Of a DNA stretch of 32,000 bases, positions 9,011 to 18,790 are shown piece by piece; positions within the stretch are counted from its first letter, which is position 1, and each line of letters opens with the position of its first letter. The DNA lies in assembly GCF_002310835.1 (NCBI RefSeq), contig NZ_CP011041.1, positions 90,001-122,000 of the forward strand, written 5' to 3'. Both the position numbers and the translations under genes were made by a program. This DNA is from Pseudoalteromonas tetraodonis. GTDB taxonomy: Bacteria > Pseudomonadota > Gammaproteobacteria > Enterobacterales > Alteromonadaceae. The notes beneath the pieces were generated by a model, which searched no databases, was not told the origin of the DNA, and saw only the letters and a program-made list of their open reading frames with translations.

Positions 9011-10851
9011 TGAAACACATCTTGATAACTCGGCCCGAAGGAAAAGGCGCAGCCCTTGCACAGCAACTTGAGCAAGCGGGTTATCAAGCGTCTTTGTGTC
9101 CTGTTCTAAAAATAACGTATTTAACCCCAACCAGCGTTGAGCTAAGCCCGTTGGTTAATGCCGACAAAATTATTTTTGTTTCGCAAGATGCAGTACATGC
9201 ACTGAGTGCGCTTAAGCCTGCAATTAACACCAAAGCGCAGTTTTATGGTGTTGGCCAACAAACAGCCGACACCATTTATGAAGTATTTGGTGTACGTGCT
9301 GCTTTACCAAAACAACATGATTCTGAGGGGTTGCTGGCGCTTAAGTCATTGGCTGAGGTTGATGGCAGTAATATCGTGTTGGTTAAAGGTATTGGTGGGC
9401 GGCCTGAGATAGCAAAAACCTTAAAACAACGCGGTGCTTTTTTAAATAATTGTGTGGTGTATCAGCGTGAGCCGGTAGCGCAACAACCCGCTGACTGGAT
9501 AGACCACTGGCAAAGCCAGAATGTACACGGTATAGTCATTACTAGTAATGCCGCCGTTGATGCCATTTTTAATACCCTTACCGCGGCGCAACTAACATGG
9601 TTACAACAGTGCGAATTTTATGTTGCCAGTGAGCGTATTGGCGATTATTTACAACAGCAAAAAATAAATTCGACACATATACATACTGCGGCAGGGGCTA
9701 GCGACCACGCTATGTTTGCCTGCATTAATCAGCAAGGTAGCAAAATGAGTGAACAGTCAGCGACGTCAAAAGTAGAAAAAGCAGCAGCGCAACCAATAGC
9801 CAATAACACGTCTAATACCGCTAAAAACGACACTGCAAAAGCCAATAATCAAACGCAAAATAATACCCATAAAGTGAGTAAGGTGGGCAGTTTAGCGTTG
9901 GTGATTTCGTTACTTGTTGCTAGTGGCGTGGGTTATGAGTTTTATCAAAAGCTCAATGCCGGTAAAGTGCAAAATTTAGCGGTTAATGCATTAACAGAGC
10001 AAAATAAGATATTGCAGCAAGAGCTGCAAGCGCTTAAGTCTGAGCAACTCAGTCTACAGCAAGCGTTACAAAAGAGCGAAGAGCAAATTGCTATGGCGCT
10101 CAATGAAAACTCTGTAAAAAATCAGCAAGCATTAAAAGCAGCACTGCAAAAAGTGCAGCAAAGTGGTAACACATTAAACCCACAAGAAGTGACTAGCTTA
10201 CAACGCATGGCTGAATTTAAATTGTGGGCTGAACAAGATTACCAAGGCACAAGTGCAGTGCTTAAACGTTTAGATTCACTTTTAAGCGACCACCCAGGCA
10301 CGCTTGAGTTGCGCCAAGCAATTATACAAGACATACAAACGCTCGATAGCATTAAACCCGTTGCAACAGAGGCGATTTACTTACAGTTAAATAGTGTAAG
10401 AGATCGTATCGATAACTTGGTATTTAATGCGGTTAATTTGCCAGAAGAAGCGTCAGTAACTGACGAAAACGCGCTCTCTGAAAATATGAGTGATTGGCAG
10501 CAAAACATCCGAAATAGCTGGAATAAAATAGTTGATAGCTTTATTACAATTCGCCATCACGAAGGGGTATTAATAGAGCCGCTATTAACTGATAGAGAGC
10601 GCCACCTGATTAATCAGCGCATAAAGCTCAATATTACTCAGGCGCAAGATGCGCTAATGAGCAAGCAAGCCAGCATCTATTTTAGCGCCTTAAACGACAC
10701 AAAACGTTTAGTTACTGAATACTTTAAGCAAGATGATAATGCCACAAAAGTGGTACTACAAACTTTAGTAAACCTTGAAAAAGAGCCGCTTAACTTTAAC
10801 CCTGAGGTGACATTGCAAAGTACTCAGCAAGTTAAGGAGTGGGCACAATGA
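9010..10851 (+). CDS. hemD: Fused uroporphyrinogen-III synthase (HemD, aa 1-245) / HemX membrane protein (aa 246-613)
   Basis: A single uninterrupted 613-codon frame. The N-terminal 245 aa is HemD-like (ILITRP...; E. coli HemD is 246 aa). The rest has an N/Q/T-rich segment, one TM (VGSLALVISLLVASGVGYEF) and a long Q/L coiled coil plus C-terminal domain typical of HemX. The start overlaps the hemC stop (TAATG). Confidence 0.85.
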   Translation: MKHILITRPEGKGAALAQQLEQAGYQASLCPVLKITYLTPTSVELSPLVNADKIIFVSQDAVHALSALKPAINTKAQFYGVGQQTADTIYEVFGVRAALPKQHDSEGLLALKSLAEVDGSNIVLVKGIGGRPEIAKTLKQRGAFLNNCVVYQREPVAQQPADWIDHWQSQNVHGIVITSNAAVDAIFNTLTAAQLTWLQQCEFYVASERIGDYLQQQKINSTHIHTAAGASDHAMFACINQQGSKMSEQSATSKVEKAAAQPIANNTSNTAKNDTAKANNQTQNNTHKVSKVGSLALVISLLVASGVGYEFYQKLNAGKVQNLAVNALTEQNKILQQELQALKSEQLSLQQALQKSEEQIAMALNENSVKNQQALKAALQKVQQSGNTLNPQEVTSLQRMAEFKLWAEQDYQGTSAVLKRLDSLLSDHPGTLELRQAIIQDIQTLDSIKPVATEAIYLQLNSVRDRIDNLVFNAVNLPEEASVTDENALSENMSDWQQNIRNSWNKIVDSFITIRHHEGVLIEPLLTDRERHLINQRIKLNITQAQDALMSKQASIYFSALNDTKRLVTEYFKQDDNATKVVLQTLVNLEKEPLNFNPEVTLQSTQQVKEWAQ

Positions 10852-11957
10852 TAGGGTTGATCATTTTTATTGTCGCTATCGTATTGGTATTAGCGATCAC
10901 TCCTTTCGTGTTAGATGAAAAAGGCTATGTGCTGATTTCATTTAATAACACCACCATAGAAGGTACGATTGTTTCGTTTTGTATTATGGCGGCACTGAGC
11001 GCAGCGGCTTTGTATTTAACTTATAAACTCGTACGCTACTGTTTATCTATTTACAGAAATACCAAACATGGATTTTTTGCTCGCAGCCAAGAGCGCAAGC
11101 ATGCAGCTATAGAGCAAGCACTGTGGAGCTTGATTAATGACGATTACGCGCAAGTGGAAAGCGCGTTATCAAGTAACAGTGTGCCAGCTAAATTTTTAGA
11201 CATACGTTTGGCGTTACTAGCAAAAGCTGCACTGGCAAATAATCAACCCGATAAAGCGCTGGAATACTTGTTTGAAATAAGCCCTAAGCAGCAACTAAAA
11301 GTGGCTAAACTATGGTTAGCCAGTGGCGACAGCAGTGTTATTGAACCGCAAATACGGATGGCGGCTGAATCTAAAAAAGCCACGGTACTTGAGCTTAAAC
11401 TGTACACTGAAGTGTTGGTGCAACAGCAGCACTTTAAAATATTAGAAGACTTTTTACCGCGCTTATTACGTAAAGATGCATTGAGCGATAAGCAGTGGCA
11501 GCAGGTGTTTTTAGCTTATTTTGCTGCTCAAGCGAGTGATGAGCTAACCAGTAAGTACCAGCAATTAGGTAAGAAATTGCAAGTACATGCGCACACTGCG
11601 TACTTAACTCAAATGGCAAAAACAGGGCAGTTGGCGAGTATTGAAAACGAGTTAATTAAAATGCTCAAACACGCTAAGCACCACTCTGAACTTGCCGACA
11701 TTTTACGTGAAGCTGCGCCAAGTAATGCTTACAAGCTGCAATCAAGCATTCAAGAACGGTTGAAAAAAGATGAGCACAATAACGCGTTATTATTAGCATT
11801 GGCGTGTTTAGCGAATGCCCAAGGTGATTATGATTTAGCTGCACGAGTATTCGACAAAGCGCTTAATAGTGATAACAAATCACAGTATCGACAACAAGCT
11901 ATACTAAGCTATAAACACAGCGCACAATTAGATAAGGCGCTTGTGCTCTATCAATAA
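10848..11957 (+). CDS. hemY: Heme biosynthesis-associated TPR membrane protein HemY
   Basis: Two N-terminal TM helices followed by TPR-like helical repeats, in the position after hemX. The preferred ATG at 10848 has AAGGAG (10834-10839) upstream and overlaps the hemD/X TGA (ATGA). Confidence 0.85.
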   Translation: MIGLIIFIVAIVLVLAITPFVLDEKGYVLISFNNTTIEGTIVSFCIMAALSAAALYLTYKLVRYCLSIYRNTKHGFFARSQERKHAAIEQALWSLINDDYAQVESALSSNSVPAKFLDIRLALLAKAALANNQPDKALEYLFEISPKQQLKVAKLWLASGDSSVIEPQIRMAAESKKATVLELKLYTEVLVQQQHFKILEDFLPRLLRKDALSDKQWQQVFLAYFAAQASDELTSKYQQLGKKLQVHAHTAYLTQMAKTGQLASIENELIKMLKHAKHHSELADILREAAPSNAYKLQSSIQERLKKDEHNNALLLALACLANAQGDYDLAARVFDKALNSDNKSQYRQQAILSYKHSAQLDKALVLYQ

Positions 11958-12005
11958 TGGATTATATTTTATAAATCAATAATTAAAAGCGCAGGAGCGA
12001 AGGCT

Positions 12006-14696
12006 ATGAAAAATGTGTTTACACTCTCTTTTAGTCTTGCATGCGCTTATTTTTTTACTGGTTATCTTAGTAATTTATTACTCGCAGTTGACGGTTATGC
12101 CGTGGCTTCTTGGCCACCTGCAGGCATTGCACTAGCCAGTTTTTTATTATGGCGCCATCGCGCTTACTTAGGCATTATTGCTGGTTCTTTACTGATTAAT
12201 TTAATTCATTTAGACCATGTTACTGATATTTTAAACTGGCAAATTTTGTTACATGCAGTGGGCCTCAGCTTCGCTGCTTTTTTGCAAGCATGGCTTGGCG
12301 CGCAAATAATTACAAAAGTAATAAAAGCCCCTCTAGACCTTTCATCGTTAAAATTAAGTATTCAAAGCTTAGTAATTGCAGGTCCTGTCTGCTGTGTTAT
12401 AGGCGCTATTGCTGGCACGAGTTTATTAGTATTTAACCAGATCATCCCTGCTGCGAATGCGCTGGATAATTTTATTACTTGGTGGATAGGTGACAGCATT
12501 GGCGTATTAATTTTTACCCCATTGCTATTAGCTGTATTTCACTATTCTGAAATGCGCCATCGACTACAAGTTATTGTTCCTGCATTACTTATTTATGCGA
12601 TTATTAGTATTAGTTTTTATGGTGCAGCGAGTGTAAAAAAACAAAAAGACACTCAAAAGCAAGAAACGAAAGTGCTTGCGACTCAAAGCGCTATAAATCA
12701 AAAGTTAGATGAGATCATTGCGCATCTATCTTTATTAAGTGGTTTTTTAGCAAATAGTGAAGACGTTAGTTTTAGTGAGTTTACGCAGTTTACAGCTAAA
12801 CAATTAAGCTACAGTGAAGAAATACTTGCTTTTAAATGGGTTCCTGCGATTACTGATGATTCTCGTGCCGAGTATCAATCATGGATTGAGCAAGTTGATA
12901 GCGAAAACCCGTTTATCAAACAAAAATCAGCGAATGGGCAATGGCAAAAAGCCCCCTATCGAGAGCTCTATTACCCCGTAAAATATATAAACCCACTTAG
13001 GGGAATGAAAGATATTGTTGGGTTTGATTTAGGTTCAAACGAGCAAGTACGCACAGCACTCACTAAATCTAAAGTACTTAATGAATTGGTGATCAGTGAA
13101 CCGACAGCACTGATACCGAATAACGAAGAATTAAGTGTATTTTTTATGTATCCCGTTTTTGGAAATGTGGTAACAGAAGGCGATTTTAAAGGATTTGTTG
13201 TTGCCGTAGTTAGCTTAGCTAAACTTTCTAAGTCGCTGTCGTTTGACTCTAATGAGCGTATTGCGATTAGTTTTTTTGATATTAATAATGCTGAAAAACA
13301 GCAGGCACTTTATATTGCAGAGCATCATTCTATGGTGTTACTAAAAAAATATCAGTTGCTAATTGGTCAGCGAATGTGGCGCGTTGAGCTGCATCAACCC
13401 GTTTTAAAATCATCGTGGTTCATATACTGGCTAGCGCAAATAGTGGGTATGTTATTTGTGTGGTTGTTGATTATATTTTTGATCTCTGTGACGGCTACCA
13501 ATATTCGGATTCGCGAACAAGTGGCAAAGCAAACACTCACGCTACGCCAAGAAAAACAAAAGGCCGATGAAGCCAGCGCTATAAAAAGTCAGTTTTTAGC
13601 CAACATGAGTCATGAAATACGCACGCCAATAAATGGCATAAAGGGTATGCACTATTTAGCGCTACAACAACAGGATTGGCAGCAAGCAAAAGGCTATATA
13701 GAGCAAGCTGATGGTGCTCTAAGTGTATTATTAAGAGTGTTAAACGATGTACTCGATTTTTCTAAAATGGAAGCCGGTAAACTTGAGTTAATGCAAGAGC
13801 CTGTGAACCTCAAGCAATTAGCCGAAGACATCGTCGGTTTAATGCAATTTGAGGTGGAGAGTAAATCGCTTTCTTTAAAATTAGAGTATGACAGCGATGC
13901 GCATTTAATTCTCAATACCGATCCTATTCGTTTAAAGCAAATTCTGCTTAATTTATTAAATAATGCAGTAAAATTTACCGCAAAGGGCTGTATTACGTTA
14001 AAGATTTGGCAATCATCAAAAATGACATATTTTAGTGTTAACGATACCGGGATTGGCATTAGCTCTGCAGCTCAAAAACAGCTTTTTAAACCCTTTTCTC
14101 AAGCAGATAGCTCAACGTCACGTCAGTACGGTGGTACTGGTTTAGGTTTGAGTATTTGTAAAAAATTGGTCGAATTGATGGGAGGGGCTATTGATTTAAA
14201 AAGCAGTGAGGGGCATGGATCTACGTTTACTTTTAGCTTACCAGTTCATTCATCGCTGCCAAAAGCCAAATACAGTGCTGATGCTTTATCAAAAATTGAT
14301 GTCAGTAATATTTCTTTAGAAAAATATCAATTACTTATAGTGGAAGACAACCCATTAAACCAACATGTTGTAAGTGCTATTTTAGAAACTAAACACGGTA
14401 TTGCTGATATCGCAAATGATGGCTTAGAAGCGATTGCGATGCTTAGCGAAAAAAACTACGACCTAGTATTAATGGATATTCAAATGCCTAATATGGATGG
14501 TTTACAAGCAACAAAAGTGATTCGTAATGAGTTAGGTTTTTTTGATTTACCTATTATTGGTTTATCCGCCAACGCTCACGAACAAGACGCTCAAAAAGCG
14601 ATTGCCTCTGGAATGGATAGCTACATGACCAAGCCTATTGAAGCTGATGAGCTATTTAAAACGCTTTGGTATTGTTTATCTCGCTTAGATAAGTAA
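12006..14696 (+). CDS. Hybrid sensor histidine kinase/response regulator with MASE1-like membrane domain and CHASE extracytoplasmic domain
   Basis: The N-terminal multi-TM region carries the MASE1-type motif ASWPPAGIALA. A CHASE-like segment follows (FKWVP...YYPVKYINPL...GFDL), then a TM helix, HisKA (FLANMSHEIRTPINGI), the HATPase N/G1/G2 boxes (NLLNNAVKF, DTGIGI, GGTGLGLSI) and REC (LIVEDNP...LMDIQMPNMDG...KP). No HPt domain. AGGAG lies upstream. Confidence 0.9.
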   Translation: MKNVFTLSFSLACAYFFTGYLSNLLLAVDGYAVASWPPAGIALASFLLWRHRAYLGIIAGSLLINLIHLDHVTDILNWQILLHAVGLSFAAFLQAWLGAQIITKVIKAPLDLSSLKLSIQSLVIAGPVCCVIGAIAGTSLLVFNQIIPAANALDNFITWWIGDSIGVLIFTPLLLAVFHYSEMRHRLQVIVPALLIYAIISISFYGAASVKKQKDTQKQETKVLATQSAINQKLDEIIAHLSLLSGFLANSEDVSFSEFTQFTAKQLSYSEEILAFKWVPAITDDSRAEYQSWIEQVDSENPFIKQKSANGQWQKAPYRELYYPVKYINPLRGMKDIVGFDLGSNEQVRTALTKSKVLNELVISEPTALIPNNEELSVFFMYPVFGNVVTEGDFKGFVVAVVSLAKLSKSLSFDSNERIAISFFDINNAEKQQALYIAEHHSMVLLKKYQLLIGQRMWRVELHQPVLKSSWFIYWLAQIVGMLFVWLLIIFLISVTATNIRIREQVAKQTLTLRQEKQKADEASAIKSQFLANMSHEIRTPINGIKGMHYLALQQQDWQQAKGYIEQADGALSVLLRVLNDVLDFSKMEAGKLELMQEPVNLKQLAEDIVGLMQFEVESKSLSLKLEYDSDAHLILNTDPIRLKQILLNLLNNAVKFTAKGCITLKIWQSSKMTYFSVNDTGIGISSAAQKQLFKPFSQADSSTSRQYGGTGLGLSICKKLVELMGGAIDLKSSEGHGSTFTFSLPVHSSLPKAKYSADALSKIDVSNISLEKYQLLIVEDNPLNQHVVSAILETKHGIADIANDGLEAIAMLSEKNYDLVLMDIQMPNMDGLQATKVIRNELGFFDLPIIGLSANAHEQDAQKAIASGMDSYMTKPIEADELFKTLWYCLSRLDK

Positions 14697-14818
14697 CAGT
14701 TATTTTTGTACAAAAGGCAGACATAAGACCTCCAAGCGCCATTTTAAATATTCTACACTTGAAATATTACTGTACCTGCGTATCATTCGCGCAATTTTAA
14801 TCCAACCGAGTAGCTACT

Positions 14819-15820
14819 ATGATTAATAGAAAAATACCTTTGCTAGATATTCACCGTCACTTAGATGGGAATGTACGCGCGCAAACCATACTAGAACTTG
14901 GTCGTCAGTTTAATATAGCTTTACCAGCAGATAATGTTGAAGCACTTATTCCTCATGTTCAAGTTATTGATCCTGAGCCAAACCTAATGGCATTTTTACA
15001 AAAGCTTGATTGGGGGGTCACGGTACTGGGTGATTATGATGCTTGTAGACGAATTGCGATAGAAAACATTGAAGATGCACAAGCGCAAGGCCTTGATTAC
15101 GTAGAACTACGTTTTAGCCCTTACTATATGGCACAAAGCCAAGGTTTACATCCTCAGGGCGTTGTTGAAGCCGTGGTTGATGGTATTAAAAGTGCAACAA
15201 AAGATGCTGATATTAAAGCAAACTTAATTGGTATTTTATCTCGTACTTACGGTGTTAAAACCTGTCAACACGAGCTGGATGCTTTACTTGCTTTTAAAAA
15301 TGATTTGGTCGCGGTTGATTTAGCGGGTGACGAAATTGGTTACCCTGGTGAACTGTTTGTTGATCACTTTAAACAAGTTCGCGATGCATATTTAGCGGTT
15401 ACTGTGCATGCTGGCGAAGCATTGGGTGCTGCCAGTATTTGGCAGGCATTAAACGGGCTTGGCGCAAGCAGAATAGGGCATGGCGTTAAAGCGATTGAAG
15501 ACTCAACGCTAATGGATTATTTACGTGATAACCGTATTGGTATTGAATCGTGCTTAACCAGTAATATTCAAACCAGCACAGTGAATGATTTAACTAAGCA
15601 TCCGCTTAAACAGTTTTTAGATCATGGCATTTTGGCCAGCATTAATACCGATGATCCGGCTGTTGAAGGGATTGAAATTGAGTACGAATACGCAACTGCA
15701 GCGCCACAAGCTGGTTTATCGCAAGCTGATATGGAAAAAGCGCAAGCCAATGCACTTGAGATTGCGTATTTAAGTGATGCAGATAAACAGGCACTCAAAA
15801 CCAAAGTCGCACAGCGTTAA
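14819..15820 (+). CDS. add: Adenosine deaminase
   Basis: N-terminus [12 protein letters not shown] (zinc-binding HxH), plus the HAGE and NTDDP motifs; 333 aa as in E. coli Add. Confidence 0.95.
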   Translation: MINRKIPLLDIHRHLDGNVRAQTILELGRQFNIALPADNVEALIPHVQVIDPEPNLMAFLQKLDWGVTVLGDYDACRRIAIENIEDAQAQGLDYVELRFSPYYMAQSQGLHPQGVVEAVVDGIKSATKDADIKANLIGILSRTYGVKTCQHELDALLAFKNDLVAVDLAGDEIGYPGELFVDHFKQVRDAYLAVTVHAGEALGAASIWQALNGLGASRIGHGVKAIEDSTLMDYLRDNRIGIESCLTSNIQTSTVNDLTKHPLKQFLDHGILASINTDDPAVEGIEIEYEYATAAPQAGLSQADMEKAQANALEIAYLSDADKQALKTKVAQR

Positions 15821-15840
15821 TCACCTGTACTATAAAAAAA

Positions 15841-15860
15841 TGCCACTGTTTACAGTGGCA
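15841..15860. terminator. Bidirectional rho-independent terminator shared by convergent add and the CBS gene
   Basis: Perfect 8-bp stem tgccactg / cagtggca with loop ttta. It is flanked by A7 (15834-15840) and TTTTTGTTT (15861-15869), so a U-tract follows the hairpin on both strands. Confidence 0.8.
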
Positions 15861-15867
15861 TTTTTGT

Positions 15868-16281
15868 TTATATGTGAGTTTGACAGCTAACGTAATTATC
15901 ATAAAGTGCTTTTAAAATATCGGCACGGCTGATCATGCCAACTACAACGTCACCATCAACCACGGGATAATTCTTTGGCTTACCAGGTTGCATTTGTTCT
16001 GCTAATTCCATGATATTGGTATCACCGCTGACCGTCACAACTTCTGTTTGCATCAACTGCGACACTTTTACCATACCGTCACAAAAATAACTGCTTTGCA
16101 TTAGGGGTTTGAGTAGCTCTTGCTCAGAGATAAAACCTACTAGCAACTTGTTATCGTCAAATACTGGGGCGCCAAGCAATTTAAATTTTTGTAGTTCTGC
16201 AATGGCGGTCGTCATTTCTGTATTAGGGGTGATATGAGGCAACTTGTGTTGCATAAAATCTTTTACTTTTGTATTTAGCAT
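15868..16281 (-). CDS. Stand-alone CBS-pair domain protein (137 aa)
   Basis: Two CBS repeats are visible (...GAPVFDDNKLLVGFISEQELL... and ...YPVVDGDVVVGMISRADILK...). GGGAGA lies 7 nt upstream of the ATG. Confidence 0.85.
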   Translation of the reverse strand: MLNTKVKDFMQHKLPHITPNTEMTTAIAELQKFKLLGAPVFDDNKLLVGFISEQELLKPLMQSSYFCDGMVKVSQLMQTEVVTVSGDTNIMELAEQMQPGKPKNYPVVDGDVVVGMISRADILKALYDNYVSCQTHI

Positions 16282-16413
16282 TTAGGTTTCTCCCGCTGAA
16301 TGTTCTATACAAAGTATGGTTTATAGATTGGGTTTTAGGAAATTGTTTATGTTGATGAGTTTAATAGGTAATAACAATCATCGCAGCGGTAATGGCGGGT
16401 AATAAAAACAACG

Positions 16414-16433
16414 AAGGCACCTTAAGGTGCCTT
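16414..16433 (-). terminator. Probable terminator downstream of fre
   Basis: 8-bp stem aaggcacc / ggtgcctt with loop ttaa. On the minus strand it is followed by cgttgttttta, an interrupted U-tract. Confidence 0.45.
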
Positions 16434-16452
16434 AAAAATAATCTGCTATCTT

Positions 16453-17166
16453 TTACTTTATAAAAGCAAATGCATCTGCGTACATGTTTTCGCGAATGGC
16501 TCCGTGGCTAATAAAGTCATCGCGCACTATGCCTATCATGTCAAAACGACCTGCCATGTAAATATCATAAGGTTCAAGCGAGATGATATCCTGCATAACC
16601 GCTTTATGTACAAAGCCAGTATGGCCAGTCCAGCTGTCAGTAGGATTTTCTACCACAGGAATAAATTCGAAGTGCTTATGACTATCTGCCCAAGCTTTCA
16701 TTTCGGTGTGTGCATACAGCGCAGACTCTTCTTTAACACCCCAATAAAATAGCACTGGGCGCTGACAATTTATTTCAGCAAGGTGATCGGCCATTGATTT
16801 TGCGTAAGAGAAGCCTGTGCCGCCAGCAAGTAAAATAATAGGGCGCTCGCACTGCAAACGTAGTTGAGAAACACCTAAGCCCGCTTCAATAGTCACGGTT
16901 TGATTATTATTGTGGGCACTACGAAGGTGCTCTAGCGATTGCATAGCATATGAGTCAGCAACTGAAGCACCAATATGTAATTCTAAAGCATCCGTTTGTG
17001 AAGGACGGCTTGCAATTGAAAACGCACGTTTATCTTTTTCACCTAAAACCAATTGTAAATATTGGCCAGCTTCAAATGTGACGGGTTGCTGCGGCTTTAA
17101 AATAACTTTATGAACAAATTCTGTTAGTGGACTGATAGAAACAACGTCAGCGTGTAATGTTTGCAT
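16453..17166 (-). CDS. fre: NAD(P)H-flavin reductase Fre
   Basis: FNR-like fold motifs RAFSIAS (RxYS-type flavin site) and LLAGGTGFSY (NAD(P)H site). 237 aa, located downstream of ubiD as in E. coli. Confidence 0.9.
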   Translation of the reverse strand: MQTLHADVVSISPLTEFVHKVILKPQQPVTFEAGQYLQLVLGEKDKRAFSIASRPSQTDALELHIGASVADSYAMQSLEHLRSAHNNNQTVTIEAGLGVSQLRLQCERPIILLAGGTGFSYAKSMADHLAEINCQRPVLFYWGVKEESALYAHTEMKAWADSHKHFEFIPVVENPTDSWTGHTGFVHKAVMQDIISLEPYDIYMAGRFDMIGIVRDDFISHGAIRENMYADAFAFIK

Positions 17167-17252
17167 GTTTTACCTTAAATTAGCGGATACGCACTTTATT
17201 TGAGCAATAGTAGCATATCCGCAGGGTGAGTTTATAGCCTAGACCAAAGTCG

Positions 17253-18719
17253 TTAAAGAATACCTAGGCTATCCCAAAGTTCATCAACGCGATCTTTAGT
17301 GGCTTGATCCATAACAATAGGTTCGCCCCACTCACGGGTTGTTTCGCCAGGCCATTTGTTGGTTGCATCCATGCCCATTTTTGAACCAAGGCCAGAGACA
17401 GGCGATGCAAAGTCTAAATAGTCTATTGGCGTGTTTTCAATTAACGTGGTGTCGCGTGCAGGATCCATACGGGTAGTAATAGCCCATATTACATCGTTCC
17501 AATCTCGGGCGTTAATGTCATCGTCGCAGACAATAACAAATTTAGTGTACATAAACTGTCGTAGGAATGACCAAACCCCCATCATTACGCGCTTGGCGTG
17601 CCCGGGGTATTGTTTTTTCATCGTAACCACGGCCATACGGTACGAGCAGCCCTCTGGCGGTAAATAAAAATCAACGATTTCTGGAAACTGTTTTTGTAAA
17701 ATTGGCACAAATACTTCGTTTAAAGCCACCCCTAAAATAGCTGGCTCATCAGGCGGACGACCCGTAAAGGTACTGTGATAAATAGGGTCTTTACGATGAG
17801 TAATATGAGTGACTGTCATAACGGGAAAGTCATCGACTTCATTATAGTAACCCGTATGGTCGCCATAAGGGCCTTCAGGTGCCATTTCACCTGGCATAAT
17901 ATGCCCTTCAAGCACGATTTCTGCGCTGGCCGGTACTTGTAAATCATTCGAAATAGACTTAACCACTTCCGTTTTACTGCCACGCAATAAACCGGCAAAA
18001 GCATATTCGCTTAATGTATCGGGGACCGGAGTAACCGCCCCTAAAATTGTGGCAGGATCAGCCCCTAATGCCACTGATACCGGATACGGCTCACCAGGGT
18101 GTTCTTTGCACCACTCTTGAAAATCAAGCGCGCCACCACGATGAGATAACCAACGCATAATAATTTTATTTTTGCCAAGTAACTGCTGGCGATAAATCCC
18201 TAAATTTTGACGCTTTTTATAAGGCCCTTTGGTAACGGTTAAACCCCAAGTAATTAAAGGCGCAGCATCACCAGGCCAGCAATGCTGAATAGGAAGCTTG
18301 GTTAAATCAACATCGTCACCTTGTAAAATAACTTGTTGGCAAGGCGCTTTTTTTACTTCTTTGGCTGGCATATTAAGGACTTGCTTAAATACCGGAATTT
18401 GTCCAAGGGCTTCTTTAATGCCTTTTGGTGGCTCTGGCTCTTTTAAAAATGCCAATAACTTACCAACTTCACGTAATTCACTGACATCTTCTTGGCCCAT
18501 GCCCATTGCTACACGCTTAGGTGTACCAAATAAGTTAGCTAGAACAGGCATGTCATACCCTTTCGGGTTTTCAAATAATAAAGCGGGGCCTTTAGCACGC
18601 AGTGTGCGATCGGCAATTTCGGTCATCTCAAGATACGGGTCGATTTCTTGGCTGATGCGTTTTAATTCGCCTCGTTTTTCAAGTAAATCGATAAAATCGC
18701 GTAGATCTTTGTATTTCAT
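17253..18719 (-). CDS. ubiD: 4-hydroxy-3-polyprenylbenzoate decarboxylase UbiD
   Basis: The N-terminus [22 protein letters not shown] is nearly identical in style to E. coli UbiD. 488 aa; conserved RQNLGIYR motif. Confidence 0.97.
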   Translation of the reverse strand: MKYKDLRDFIDLLEKRGELKRISQEIDPYLEMTEIADRTLRAKGPALLFENPKGYDMPVLANLFGTPKRVAMGMGQEDVSELREVGKLLAFLKEPEPPKGIKEALGQIPVFKQVLNMPAKEVKKAPCQQVILQGDDVDLTKLPIQHCWPGDAAPLITWGLTVTKGPYKKRQNLGIYRQQLLGKNKIIMRWLSHRGGALDFQEWCKEHPGEPYPVSVALGADPATILGAVTPVPDTLSEYAFAGLLRGSKTEVVKSISNDLQVPASAEIVLEGHIMPGEMAPEGPYGDHTGYYNEVDDFPVMTVTHITHRKDPIYHSTFTGRPPDEPAILGVALNEVFVPILQKQFPEIVDFYLPPEGCSYRMAVVTMKKQYPGHAKRVMMGVWSFLRQFMYTKFVIVCDDDINARDWNDVIWAITTRMDPARDTTLIENTPIDYLDFASPVSGLGSKMGMDATNKWPGETTREWGEPIVMDQATKDRVDELWDSLGIL

Positions 18720-18790
18720 TGTGGGCCGTTACTTAGCAAAAAGTTAAAAGTATTATACCCAGTTCATGCAAGCCAAGTCATTACTTGCAC

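Noticed and set aside
14704-14715. A perfect 12-bp palindrome ttttgtacaaaa just after the MASE1/CHASE kinase stop.
   Set aside because: It is too short and AT-rich to form a stable terminator stem, and it matches no known operator consensus that I can name. It may be chance in AT-rich intergenic DNA.
16282-16452. Short ORFs in the CBS/fre intergenic region (17 and 28 codons on the plus strand), and similar mini-ORFs at 5951-6094, 21257-21304 and 24677-24721.
   Set aside because: None has a credible Shine-Dalgarno at proper spacing, and none has recognisable peptide features. The exception is the 29146-29223 ORF, which I kept as a finding because of its canonical AAGGAG.
18298-18747. The longest embedded ORF (149 aa, + strand), antisense to the 5' third of ubiD and extending 28 nt past its start.
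   Set aside because: The translation is S/R/G/P-rich with no motifs. ubiD on the opposite strand is unambiguous. The ORF length is explained by the codon bias of the ubiD antisense frame.
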